From Nitratidesulfovibrio vulgaris str. Hildenborough (GTDB lineage: Bacteria; Desulfobacterota; Desulfovibrionia; Desulfovibrionales; Desulfovibrionaceae): DNA of 32,000 bases. The position numbers were made by a program, and so were the translations under genes. The notes beneath the pieces are model-generated. The model had not been told where the DNA came from, made no database searches, and saw only the letters and a program-made list of their open reading frames with translations. Positions 7,039 through 15,034 of this stretch are shown one piece after another (within the stretch, counting starts at the first letter, position 1; each line of letters begins with the position of its first letter). The stretch lies in the NCBI RefSeq assembly GCF_000195755.1, contig NC_002937.3:750001-782000 (forward strand). The letters run 5' to 3'.

Positions 7039-7067
7039 ATTATAGACGAGTGCAACACTATTGTTGA
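7039..7067 (-). promoter_or_regulatory. sigma70-type promoter with overlapping palindromic operator for the repressor gene
   Basis: Minus strand TCAACA (7067..7062), 17-nt spacer, TATAAT (7044..7039). The palindrome CAACActatTGTTG (7053..7066) overlaps the -35 element. Confidence 0.45.
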
Positions 7068-7135
7068 AGAAGAGTACGCTCCGCGCTCCGGTTGCATGGA
7101 GCTAAAGGTCTTGCGTATGGCGTACTATGGCGAGC

Positions 7136-7200
7136 AAAAATCGGGCCACCAACGTGTCTTCGTGGAATCTCCAGCGAAGTGGCACGTATGGTGGCCCGAT
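7136..7200 (-). terminator. probable hflC terminator (long-loop hairpin plus U run)
   Basis: Minus strand AUCGGGCCACC (7200..7190) pairs with GGUGGCCCGAU (7150..7140), followed by a U run (A5 on the + strand at 7136..7140). The large 39-nt interior may fold further. Confidence 0.5.
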
Positions 7201-7278
7201 GTGTCACAATCGGAAGCCGATAGTGTCACACATGTTACATGTCTGTCTCGCTCATCTGTAACATGTCATGCGACACAA

Positions 7279-8130
7279 TCAGGGGCGAATCGGCTTGAGC
7301 AGCGGGTCATCGGGGGTGAGCACGAACCGCGTACCCTCTTTCAGCGAGTTGCGCAGCGTCTCAAGCCCGCGCATGAACTCGAAGAACTCGGGTGCCTGAC
7401 CGTAGGCGTTCGCGAAGGTGCGCGTCGCCACGGCGTCACCCTCACCACGGATGATCTCGGCCTTCTGGTTGGCTTCCGCCAGCAGTACGGCCCGCTCACG
7501 GTCGGCCAAGGAGCGGATCTTGGTCGACTCTTCCTGTCCTTCCGAGCGATATTGCTTGGCTTGCCGTTCGCGTTCGGCGCGCATGCGTCCGAAGATGGCG
7601 CGCTGGTTCTCGGCGGGCAGGTCGGTTCGCTTGATGCGCACGTCGATGACCTCCATGCCGTATTCGGACATGAGTTCAGAGGTGCGACGTGTCACTTCGG
7701 TCATGATCTCTGCACGCTTGGAGGCGACCACTTCGGTGAGGGTATGCCGTCCCACATGGACACGCAGCTGCGAGTAGACCATGTCGTCAAGGCGGGTCTG
7801 GGCACCGGGAATGGTCCGTACGGTGCGGTAGAAGGTCAGCGGGTCGGTGATGCGCCAGCGTGCGTAGTTGTCGAGTACGATGGCCTTCTTGTCGCTGGTG
7901 AGGGCCTCGGCGGAGCGGGCGTCATAATCGAGCATCCGTGCATCGAAGAAGATCACGTTCTGTATGAAGGGCAGCTTGAAGTGCAACCCCGGCCCGGAAA
8001 CTTGTCCGACAGGTTCACCAAGTTGCAGTACGATGGCCTTCTGCGTCTGGTGCACGGTGTAGAAACTCTGCCCGCCGATGATGAACACGGCCAGCACGGC
8101 AATGAGGAGGGTGAGGCTCTTGCGGCTCAT
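7279..8130 (-). CDS. hflC: HflC, band-7/SPFH modulator of FtsH protease
   Basis: MSRKSLTLLIAVLAVFIIGGQSFYTVHQTQKAIVLQLGEP... shows a single N-terminal TM segment plus an SPFH domain. ATG at 8130 with GGGAGG 8 nt upstream, 1 nt after the hflK stop. The ORF-track start at 8202 overlaps hflK. Confidence 0.95.
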   Translation of the reverse strand: MSRKSLTLLIAVLAVFIIGGQSFYTVHQTQKAIVLQLGEPVGQVSGPGLHFKLPFIQNVIFFDARMLDYDARSAEALTSDKKAIVLDNYARWRITDPLTFYRTVRTIPGAQTRLDDMVYSQLRVHVGRHTLTEVVASKRAEIMTEVTRRTSELMSEYGMEVIDVRIKRTDLPAENQRAIFGRMRAERERQAKQYRSEGQEESTKIRSLADRERAVLLAEANQKAEIIRGEGDAVATRTFANAYGQAPEFFEFMRGLETLRNSLKEGTRFVLTPDDPLLKPIRP

Positions 8131-8131
8131 G

Positions 8132-9268
8132 CTAGTTGCCTCCCTTCGTACCGGTCTGTGGCGCGGGTGTGAGTCTGTCCAGCGGCAGATAGGGCAGGAC
8201 ACGGCCTGCGGTCTCGCGAGGCAGGATGATGCGCTCGACGCCGTTGCGCGAGAGAATCTCCTGCATGGTCTCGAAGTACAGGCGCTTGCGCGTCACGTCC
8301 TTGGCCGCGTTGTATTCCTTGAGCACGGCGATGAAGCGTTGGGCCTCGCCTTCGGCCTGTCGGGTGCGGGTCTCTCGGTAGCCTTCGGCCTGGTTGACGA
8401 GTTCAGCCGCCGCGCCACGGGTGCGGGGCAGGAGTTCGTTGCGGTAGGCTTCGGCCTCGTTGACGATGCGGCTCTTGTCCTCGCGGGCGGAGGCGACATC
8501 CTTGAAGGCGTCGATGACCTCCTTGGGCGGGTGCACGTCCTGCATCTGAACTGCGAGCACGCGGATGCCAACCTTGTATCGGTCGAGAATCTCCTGAAGC
8601 AGCGTCGTCGTTTCGTTCTGGATACGAAGCTTGCCGTCAGTGAGTGCCGCGTCGATGAGGCTGTTGCCGATGATCTCGCGCATGGCCGCCTCCGCGGCAT
8701 TGCGGACTACGGCCGCCTGGTCGGTGACGTTGAAGAGGTACTCCACAGGGTCCTTGATCTGATACTGCACGCTGAACTGCACGTTGACGATGTTCTCGTC
8801 ACCGGTCAGCATGGCGGCCTCTTCGGGGAAGACGCGTCCCTGTCCCTGCTGGAAGGTGGCGCCCTGCGTCGGCGAGCGGAATCCTATCTCCACCCGTTGC
8901 ACCTGCGTCACCTTGGGCTTGTAGACCCGTTCAACAGGGAAGGGCAGGTGGTAGTGCGGGCCGGGGCCGACAGTACGGTCGTACTGTCCGAACCGGAGCA
9001 CCACCCCTGCTTCGTCGGGGTTGATGATGTAGACACCGGAAAGAAGCCACAGGACGGCCACAGCCGCTGCGGCAAGTTTGCCGGTAGGAAACGGGAATTC
9101 GCGGAAGCGGCGGAACGAATCGCCAAGCTTCTCGAAGTCCGGCCCGGAGGGCGGAGGCGTATCGCCTTGGTCGCCGCCACCCCAGCCGCCCGTCTGCCGC
9201 TGCCGTTTTTCTTGCAGTTTGTCCCAATCCCAGTTCATAATACTGAAAAAATAGGGCAGTTGTTGCAT
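8132..9268 (-). CDS. hflK: HflK, band-7/SPFH modulator of FtsH protease
   Basis: Gly-rich N-terminus, TM segment (AAAAVAVLWLLSGVYII) and SPFH domain, directly upstream of hflC. The start is uncertain: ATG at 9268 or the in-frame ATG at 9238 (MNWDWDKLQEK...). Neither has a clear SD. Confidence 0.9.
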   Translation of the reverse strand: MQQLPYFFSIMNWDWDKLQEKRQRQTGGWGGGDQGDTPPPSGPDFEKLGDSFRRFREFPFPTGKLAAAAVAVLWLLSGVYIINPDEAGVVLRFGQYDRTVGPGPHYHLPFPVERVYKPKVTQVQRVEIGFRSPTQGATFQQGQGRVFPEEAAMLTGDENIVNVQFSVQYQIKDPVEYLFNVTDQAAVVRNAAEAAMREIIGNSLIDAALTDGKLRIQNETTTLLQEILDRYKVGIRVLAVQMQDVHPPKEVIDAFKDVASAREDKSRIVNEAEAYRNELLPRTRGAAAELVNQAEGYRETRTRQAEGEAQRFIAVLKEYNAAKDVTRKRLYFETMQEILSRNGVERIILPRETAGRVLPYLPLDRLTPAPQTGTKGGN

Positions 9269-9319
9269 CAGGTCAAGGCAAGACCTCGGCGCGGACTGCT
9301 TTATGGAGGATGAGCCATC

Positions 9320-10681
9320 ATGAAGGCGTTATCGGCCCATGTGTTCAGGGCCTACGATATCAGAGGGATTGTCGACACCGATTTCGACCCGGAATGGGTC
9401 GAGAGACTCGGGAGGGCCTGCGGAACCTACTTTGTCTCGCACGGTCACGGGGCTGCCGTTGTGGGGTTCGATTGCCGCCACAGTTCGCCAGCCTACCACG
9501 ACGCACTCGTGCGCGGCCTGCTGTCGACGGGGGTGGATGTGACCAGCGTGGGCATGGTGCCCACCCCGGTATTGTATTTCGCCGTGAAACACCTCGGGCG
9601 CAAGGCCGGGGTCATGATCACGGCAAGCCACAATCCATCGGAATACAACGGGTTCAAGGTCGTCGCCGGTGAGTCGACCATCCACGGCGAGGAGATTCGC
9701 CGCATATGGGAGGTCTTCGAGCGTGGCGAGTTCGCTTCGGGGCACGGCATCGGGTGTTCCCATGACATCGTGCCCTCCTACATCGAAGCCATCACCTCTG
9801 ATGTGCACCCCGCGCGCAAGCTGAAGGTCGTTGTCGACGGAGGCAACGGTGCTGGCGGCGAGCTTTGCGTTGAAGTGCTGCGCAGGCTGGGTGTGGAGGT
9901 CGTGGCGCAATTCTGCGAACCCGATGGCGACTTCCCCAACCATCACCCCGACCCCGTGGTCGAGGCCAACATGACCGCGCTCATGGAACGCGTGCAGGTC
10001 GAACGCGCAGACCTCGGCATCGGTCTCGACGGCGATGCCGACAGGCTTGGTGCCGTAGACGGGATGGGGCGGCTGCTGAACGGTGACGAACTGCTTTCGC
10101 TCTATGCGCGCGAGATGCTGGCCCGTAGACCGGGCGAGACGGTCATCGCCGACGTCAAATGTTCGCATCGCCTTTTCGACGACATCGAGGCGCACGGCGG
10201 CAAGCCCATGATGTGGATCACAGGGCACTCCGTGGTCAAGGCGCGTATGCTCGAAGTCGGCGCACCGCTGGCGGGTGAGCTTTCGGGGCACATGTTCTTC
10301 GGCGACAGATGGTTCGGCTTCGACGACGCCATCTACGGGGCTGCCCGTCTCGTGGAACTGCTCGCAGCCAGTGACGTGCCCCTGACCGACCTGCCCGGCT
10401 GGCCGCCAAGCCACGCGACCCGTGAATTGCACCTGCCCTGTCCGGAGCACGCCAAGTTCGAAGTCGTGCGGAGGGCACAGGCCTATTTCCGTGAGCGATG
10501 CACCATCAACGACATCGACGGTGCGCGTGTGATCTTTCCCGATGGATGGGGCCTTGTGCGTGCCTCCAACACCCAGCCGGTGCTCGTGTTGCGTTTCGAG
10601 GCGCAGACGCCGGAACGTCTGGCCGAGATTCGCGCCTTCGTCGAAGAACCGTTGCGACGCTGGGTCGCGGAACTTTCATAG
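9320..10681 (+). CDS. manB: phosphomannomutase / phosphoglucomutase
   Basis: Active-site loop TASHNPSEYNGFK, Mg site GIGLDGDADRL and sugar loop GELSGHMFF. GGAGGA lies 9 nt upstream of the ATG. Confidence 0.95.
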   Translation: MKALSAHVFRAYDIRGIVDTDFDPEWVERLGRACGTYFVSHGHGAAVVGFDCRHSSPAYHDALVRGLLSTGVDVTSVGMVPTPVLYFAVKHLGRKAGVMITASHNPSEYNGFKVVAGESTIHGEEIRRIWEVFERGEFASGHGIGCSHDIVPSYIEAITSDVHPARKLKVVVDGGNGAGGELCVEVLRRLGVEVVAQFCEPDGDFPNHHPDPVVEANMTALMERVQVERADLGIGLDGDADRLGAVDGMGRLLNGDELLSLYAREMLARRPGETVIADVKCSHRLFDDIEAHGGKPMMWITGHSVVKARMLEVGAPLAGELSGHMFFGDRWFGFDDAIYGAARLVELLAASDVPLTDLPGWPPSHATRELHLPCPEHAKFEVVRRAQAYFRERCTINDIDGARVIFPDGWGLVRASNTQPVLVLRFEAQTPERLAEIRAFVEEPLRRWVAELS

Positions 10682-10740
10682 CATCGGGTGTGGTATCGTG
10701 TCCGACCGGATGAGTGCGGTCAGGACAAGGAGACTGTGAC

Positions 10741-11253
10741 ATGAAGATTCTCAAGGCGAACCGGATGGAGCGCTGTATCGGCTGCCATGCCTGTTCCCTC
10801 GCCTGTGCGCGGCTTGTGCACAAGCGTCTGTCGTGGGTGACGGCCGGAATCCGCATCACGTCGGCAGGCGGGCTTTCGACAGGGTTCGAGGCGCGCCTGT
10901 GTCTTGCCTGCGACCCCGCACCCTGTGCGCAGGCCTGCCCGACCGGTGCCTACGCGCAACGCAAGGGTGGCGGCGTGAAGGTCGACAGGTCGCTGTGCAT
11001 CCGTTGCGGGCGTTGCGCCGAAGCCTGCCCGGTGGATGCCGTGCACATGGACGGTGAGACCGGCCTGCCCTACGTGTGCATCCACTGCGGGCGTTGTGTG
11101 GCCTTCTGCCCCCATGAATGTATCGAACTGGTCGACCAGCCCGTGGCCGATGCCGCATCGGACGAAGCGGGAAGGGAGACGGGTGACGACAAGGCCCTGC
11201 CGCGAAAGGCAGGGCTGGTGAATGACGCTTCGGAGGTGGGGCATGCCGATTGA
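10741..11253 (+). CDS. 4x[4Fe-4S] ferredoxin-type subunit associated with AOR
   Basis: Four Cys clusters: CIGCHACSLAC, CLACDPAPCAQACP, CIRCGRCAEACP and CIHCGRCVAFCP. ATG at 10741 with AAGGAGA 7 nt upstream. The 3' end overlaps the aor start by 11 nt. Confidence 0.9.
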   Translation: MKILKANRMERCIGCHACSLACARLVHKRLSWVTAGIRITSAGGLSTGFEARLCLACDPAPCAQACPTGAYAQRKGGGVKVDRSLCIRCGRCAEACPVDAVHMDGETGLPYVCIHCGRCVAFCPHECIELVDQPVADAASDEAGRETGDDKALPRKAGLVNDASEVGHAD

Positions 11254-13006
11254 AGGAACCGCCTCGCGCGTGCTGCATGTGGACCTTGAGTCGGGTGCCT
11301 CGCGTGTGCTGCTTTTCGAGGGACGCCCGCACCATCTCGGCGGCAGCGGGCTTGCCGCTGCACTGTATGACGCCTACGGGTTGCCGGAATCTCCGGCTTT
11401 CGACCCGCGGCAGCCGCTCATCTTCGCCATCGGACCGCTTTCGGGGTTCTTTCCCCTCATGAGCAAGGTCGTGTGCGGCTTCCGTTCGCCGTACACGGGA
11501 GAATGGGCCGAGAGTCACGCGGGGGGACGTCTTGCCCTGTCGCTGCGCTTCGCGGGATATGACGCGCTGATGATCACCGGACGGGCGCGAACGCTCTCAT
11601 GTCTTGTCGTGGGGTCGCGTCGTCTCGAAATCCACGATGTCCACTACCTGCGCGGACAGGACGTGTTCACTTCCGGGAAGTATCTGCGTCGCTATGGCAA
11701 GGAGTCGTCAGGGCATCGTAGCACGGTGCGCATCGGGCCTGCGGGCGAGCGTGGTGTCACCTTCGCGTGCGCCAACGTCGACTCGTTCCGGCATTTCGGA
11801 CGACTGGGCGCAGGTGCCGTCATGGGCGGCAAGAATCTCAAGGCGCTGGTCGTGACGGGCGACTCGGGCATCGAACTGCCTGAAGGGCGCGACTATCCGA
11901 AACTCTACAAGGAAGTGTACCAGTCGGTCACCGGTACCGACATGATGCAGAAGTACCACGACCTCGGCACTGCCGAGAACCTGCTGGTGCTCAATGAACT
12001 GAAGGCGTTGCCGTGGCGCAACCTGCAAGCCACGACAGACCCCGCCATCGACGGCATCTCTGGCGAACGGTTCGCGGAACAGCTTCTGCTGCGGCAGACC
12101 GCCTGCGCGGGCTGTCCGGTGGGGTGCATCCACATCGGGCTGCTGCGACAGCAGTTCGCCCGCGACCACGAGTTCCTCTACAAGCAGGTGTCATACGACT
12201 ACGAACCCATCTTCGCGCAGGGTTCCATGCTGGGCCTGACCAACGCCTCCGACGTGCTTGCCCTGCTCGATGAGACGGAGAAACTCGGCCTTGACTGCAT
12301 GAGCGCCGGTGTCGCACTGGCATGGGTGGCGGAGGCGTTCGAAAAGGGTGTCGTCACCGAGAAGGAGACGCTGGGCCCGGTGCACTTCGGCAACGTGGCC
12401 ACGTTCGTCGCCGCGCTGCACCACCTTGCCAACGGAACCTCCGAATTCTGGCAGGCGTTGGGCAAGGGGGTGCTGTATGCCGCAGACATCTACGGCGGTG
12501 CCGACTTCGCCTGTGTCCTCGGTCAGGAGATGGCAGGCTATGCCACGGGCGAGGTGTATTTCGTCTCACAGGCCCTGGGGTTCAGGCATTCGCATCTCGA
12601 CAGCGGCGGCTATGCCTACGACCAGTCCGCCAAGGACAAGGACGTGGACAAGGCCGTGCGGCATCTGCTGGATGACGAGTACAAAAGGCTGACCATCAAC
12701 TGCATGGTGGCCTGTCTCTTCGCCCGCAAGGCCTACCCGCCGGAACGCCTTCAGGAGGCCCTTGCCTCTCTCGGCATGCGCGCCGAGGCCGATGCCCTGC
12801 CCGAGTCGGGGCGTGCCATGCAGGCCCTGCGGTGGTCGCTCAAGTTCCGCACGGGGTTCCGTCCGGAGAACGTGCGTATCCCCAAACGGTTCACCGAGGT
12901 CGTCACATGGAAGGGCCCCATGGACGTCGACTACATGGATGCCGTGCGACAGGCCTACACGTCCGAGTTGTACCGCATGGTGGTGGACGCCGCACGGGAG
13001 GCATAG
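11243..13006 (+). CDS. aor: aldehyde:ferredoxin oxidoreductase family (tungstopterin enzyme)
   Basis: AOR-family N-terminus (RVLHVDLESG...LGGSGLAAALY), GRLGAGAVMGGKNLKALVV and the cluster motif CAGCPVGCIH plus a distal Cys (MVACLFA). ATG at 11243 preceded by GGAGG. Confidence 0.93.
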   Translation: MPIEGTASRVLHVDLESGASRVLLFEGRPHHLGGSGLAAALYDAYGLPESPAFDPRQPLIFAIGPLSGFFPLMSKVVCGFRSPYTGEWAESHAGGRLALSLRFAGYDALMITGRARTLSCLVVGSRRLEIHDVHYLRGQDVFTSGKYLRRYGKESSGHRSTVRIGPAGERGVTFACANVDSFRHFGRLGAGAVMGGKNLKALVVTGDSGIELPEGRDYPKLYKEVYQSVTGTDMMQKYHDLGTAENLLVLNELKALPWRNLQATTDPAIDGISGERFAEQLLLRQTACAGCPVGCIHIGLLRQQFARDHEFLYKQVSYDYEPIFAQGSMLGLTNASDVLALLDETEKLGLDCMSAGVALAWVAEAFEKGVVTEKETLGPVHFGNVATFVAALHHLANGTSEFWQALGKGVLYAADIYGGADFACVLGQEMAGYATGEVYFVSQALGFRHSHLDSGGYAYDQSAKDKDVDKAVRHLLDDEYKRLTINCMVACLFARKAYPPERLQEALASLGMRAEADALPESGRAMQALRWSLKFRTGFRPENVRIPKRFTEVVTWKGPMDVDYMDAVRQAYTSELYRMVVDAAREA

Positions 13007-13507
13007 ATGTTGCGCGGTGTCGGGCCACTCATACAGGCGTCGTCATGGCGCGAACTCCTAGCCCGGTTCATGCTGCTGTGTCTTGTGCTGGCCTTGACGG
13101 CGGGCGGCTTCTGGTACAACTACGAGCGCCGCTTCAAGGACATTCAGGCCGGGGCGGCATTGCGCGACGGCGGGGCACACCTCCCCGAACCCCAGCGCGA
13201 GGCGCTGCACCGGCTCGTTGCCGCCTTTGCCGAGGGCTACGGCATCCGGCTCGTGGTGCAGGTGACCGAAGGCGTTGTGGATGTCCCGCGACTGGAAGGC
13301 AACACCCTCTTTGTGGGGGTGAACGTCCATTCGGGCATGTCGGTGGTCGTGTTCCCTCCCCTGCTGCGCAAGGTGACGGGCGAGGGGCCAAGACTGCATC
13401 TCGAATCGGAACAACTCCAGCGCCGCATTGCGGCGGGTGAAGAGGCCGGGGCCGTACTGGTCGACGCGCTCACCCTGCTTCTTGCACAGCTGGGCAAGAC
13501 ATCATGA
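13007..13507 (+). CDS. small membrane-anchored protein of unknown function (possibly TPM-like domain)
   Basis: N-terminal TM segment (LLARFMLLCLVLALTAGGFWY). ATG immediately follows the aor stop (TAGATG), with GGGAGG 5 nt upstream. The function call is a weak guess. Confidence 0.75.
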   Translation: MLRGVGPLIQASSWRELLARFMLLCLVLALTAGGFWYNYERRFKDIQAGAALRDGGAHLPEPQREALHRLVAAFAEGYGIRLVVQVTEGVVDVPRLEGNTLFVGVNVHSGMSVVVFPPLLRKVTGEGPRLHLESEQLQRRIAAGEEAGAVLVDALTLLLAQLGKTS

Positions 13508-13516
13508 AAGGCTAGC

Positions 13517-13987
13517 ATGTCGCAGTTCGACGTAACGGTGTTCACGGACGGTTCGTGCCTTGGCAATCCCGGCCCCGGGGGCTGGGCGGCCATCATGCGC
13601 TGCAACGGGTGTGAGAAGGAGCTTTCGGGCGGCTTCGCCCTGACGACGAACAACCGCATGGAGATTCTCGCCGTGCTGGAGGCCCTTGAGGCCCTTCGCG
13701 ACCCCTGCAAGGTCACGCTATTCACGGACTCGCAGTATGTACGCAACGCCGTCGAGAAGAAGTGGCTTGCGGGGTGGCAGCGCAACGGATGGAAGACCGC
13801 CGACAAGAAACCCGTGAAGAACCGCGACCTGTGGGAACGTCTGGTGCCGTTGCTGGCGAAGCATTCGGTATCCTTCCGGTGGGTGCGCGGGCATAGCGGG
13901 CATCCCGAGAACGAGCGTTGCGACGTTCTGGCACGGGCGCAGGCTTCACGCCGGGGATTGCCGGAAGACCCCGGTTTCACGGCCTGA
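13517..13987 (+). CDS. rnhA: ribonuclease HI
   Basis: [19 protein letters not shown]..., [23 protein letters not shown] and [18 protein letters not shown], which include the RNase H catalytic DEDD-type motifs. Confidence 0.97.
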   Translation: MSQFDVTVFTDGSCLGNPGPGGWAAIMRCNGCEKELSGGFALTTNNRMEILAVLEALEALRDPCKVTLFTDSQYVRNAVEKKWLAGWQRNGWKTADKKPVKNRDLWERLVPLLAKHSVSFRWVRGHSGHPENERCDVLARAQASRRGLPEDPGFTA

Positions 13988-14012
13988 TACGGGCGTGTGG
14001 CGGGCCATGGCG

Positions 14013-14045
14013 CGTCTCCCGTACGGGGCCGGCTGCAGACGTTTT
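14013..14045 (+). terminator. possible terminator after rnhA
   Basis: CGTCT...AGACG outer stem enclosing CCCGTACGGG and GCCGGC palindromes, followed by TTTT (14042..14045). Confidence 0.45.
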
Positions 14046-14159
14046 GGCGACCGATGTGCCAGCCATAGGTGTGGCACAGGATACCTCCCCGTCGGACGTG
14101 TCGACAAGATACCGGGTGGCGGGGCGAGTCCCTTCCGGAACGTGTCGCGTGTCATGGTC

Positions 14160-14175
14160 TGGCATCTGCCCGGCA
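14160..14175 (+). promoter_or_regulatory. candidate sigma54 promoter upstream of the PilZ gene
   Basis: TGGCATctgcccGGCA has the correct 12-nt GG-to-GC offset. The -24 element matches 5/6 and the -12 element is CGGCA rather than TTGCA. About 175 nt upstream of the ATG at 14349. Confidence 0.3.
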
Positions 14176-14348
14176 TTGTTCCGCTAGCCTCTGCGGGTGT
14201 GGCCGCAGGCCCCACGGCGCAGATGGGCGGCGAGCCATCGTGGCGGGCGTGGCGCACCTTGCTTTTTGCATGATGCCCATAACGACGCTTCACATGTAAT
14301 GACCGATGACGTATACGATTCTCCTATCCGGGGGGAGGGAGCAGGAGA

Positions 14349-15020
14349 ATGGCACAGACCGAGCAACAACCCGCCGTCACGCGGGCACGCACGGGGACTA
14401 CGCTTGCCGTGCCCACAGGGACGAGGATGCTGCTGACTCTTCCGGGAGTCTTCGACAACATCCCCACCGACCTCGTGGGTATCGTCCAGGGCGAATTCCT
14501 CATTCTCAAGATGCCCATGGTTCCCGGCATCCGCGCCCGTCTGGGGCAGGGTGAACCTGTCACCATCCGGTATCTTTGCGGCGGCGTCATCTACGGTTTC
14601 GGCTCTTCGGTGATCACCTTCATTTCGCGCCCAGGGTTCCTGGTCTTTCTGGCATTCCCGGATGTCGTGGAACAGCTGGAATTGCGTCAGCACAGGCGTG
14701 TGAACTGCCTTCTGCCGTGTGCCGTACATGTCCCGGGCTGCGTCCTCTCGGGTATCATGCTCGACGTCAGCCTCGGTGGCTGCCGCATCGCGCTGGACCC
14801 CGGATGCACCCTGACCCCTGAAGACCTCGCCGGTCGGGATATGGTCGTCCTGCACCTGCCTACGCTGAGCGAGAACGAGAATACGGTGCTGTCCTGCCGC
14901 GTGAAGGCTGCAAATCTCGTCAACGGGCGTATCCATGCAGGATTGCAGTTCTTCGATCTGGACGAGGCTGCGAGAGGGGCATTGTTCGCCTACCTTGAAA
15001 CCGTATCGTGCCTTATCTGA
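14349..15020 (+). CDS. PilZ-domain c-di-GMP receptor (YcgR-like, N-terminal PilZN-type domain)
   Basis: PilZ motifs RQHRR (RxxxR) and DVSLGG (D/NxSxxG), then a C-terminal beta-barrel region (GLQFFDLD). G-rich SD GGGGGGAGGGAG lies upstream. Confidence 0.9.
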   Translation: MAQTEQQPAVTRARTGTTLAVPTGTRMLLTLPGVFDNIPTDLVGIVQGEFLILKMPMVPGIRARLGQGEPVTIRYLCGGVIYGFGSSVITFISRPGFLVFLAFPDVVEQLELRQHRRVNCLLPCAVHVPGCVLSGIMLDVSLGGCRIALDPGCTLTPEDLAGRDMVVLHLPTLSENENTVLSCRVKAANLVNGRIHAGLQFFDLDEAARGALFAYLETVSCLI

Positions 15021-15034
15021 CGGAGTAGCTTCCC

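Noticed and set aside
7180-7195. TGGCACgtatggtggc, a sigma54-like -24 box
   Set aside because: GC falls 13 nt from GG rather than the required 12. The sequence also lies inside the hflC terminator hairpin and has no gene downstream on the + strand.
7096-9313. Two long + strand ORFs (7096..8172 and 8078..9313)
   Set aside because: They lie antisense to hflC and hflK. The first also runs through the hflC terminator and the repressor promoter region.
14250-14270. TGGCGCaccttGCtttttGCA, a sigma54-like element
   Set aside because: The GG-to-GC offsets are 10 and 17 nt, and neither fits the -24/-12 spacing.
13946-14293. ORFs in the rnhA-PilZ spacer (13946..14293 minus strand, 13995..14273 and 14069..14299 plus strand)
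   Set aside because: They are mutually overlapping and Arg/Pro/Gly-rich, with no RBS. They are better explained as a terminator plus the promoter/leader region.
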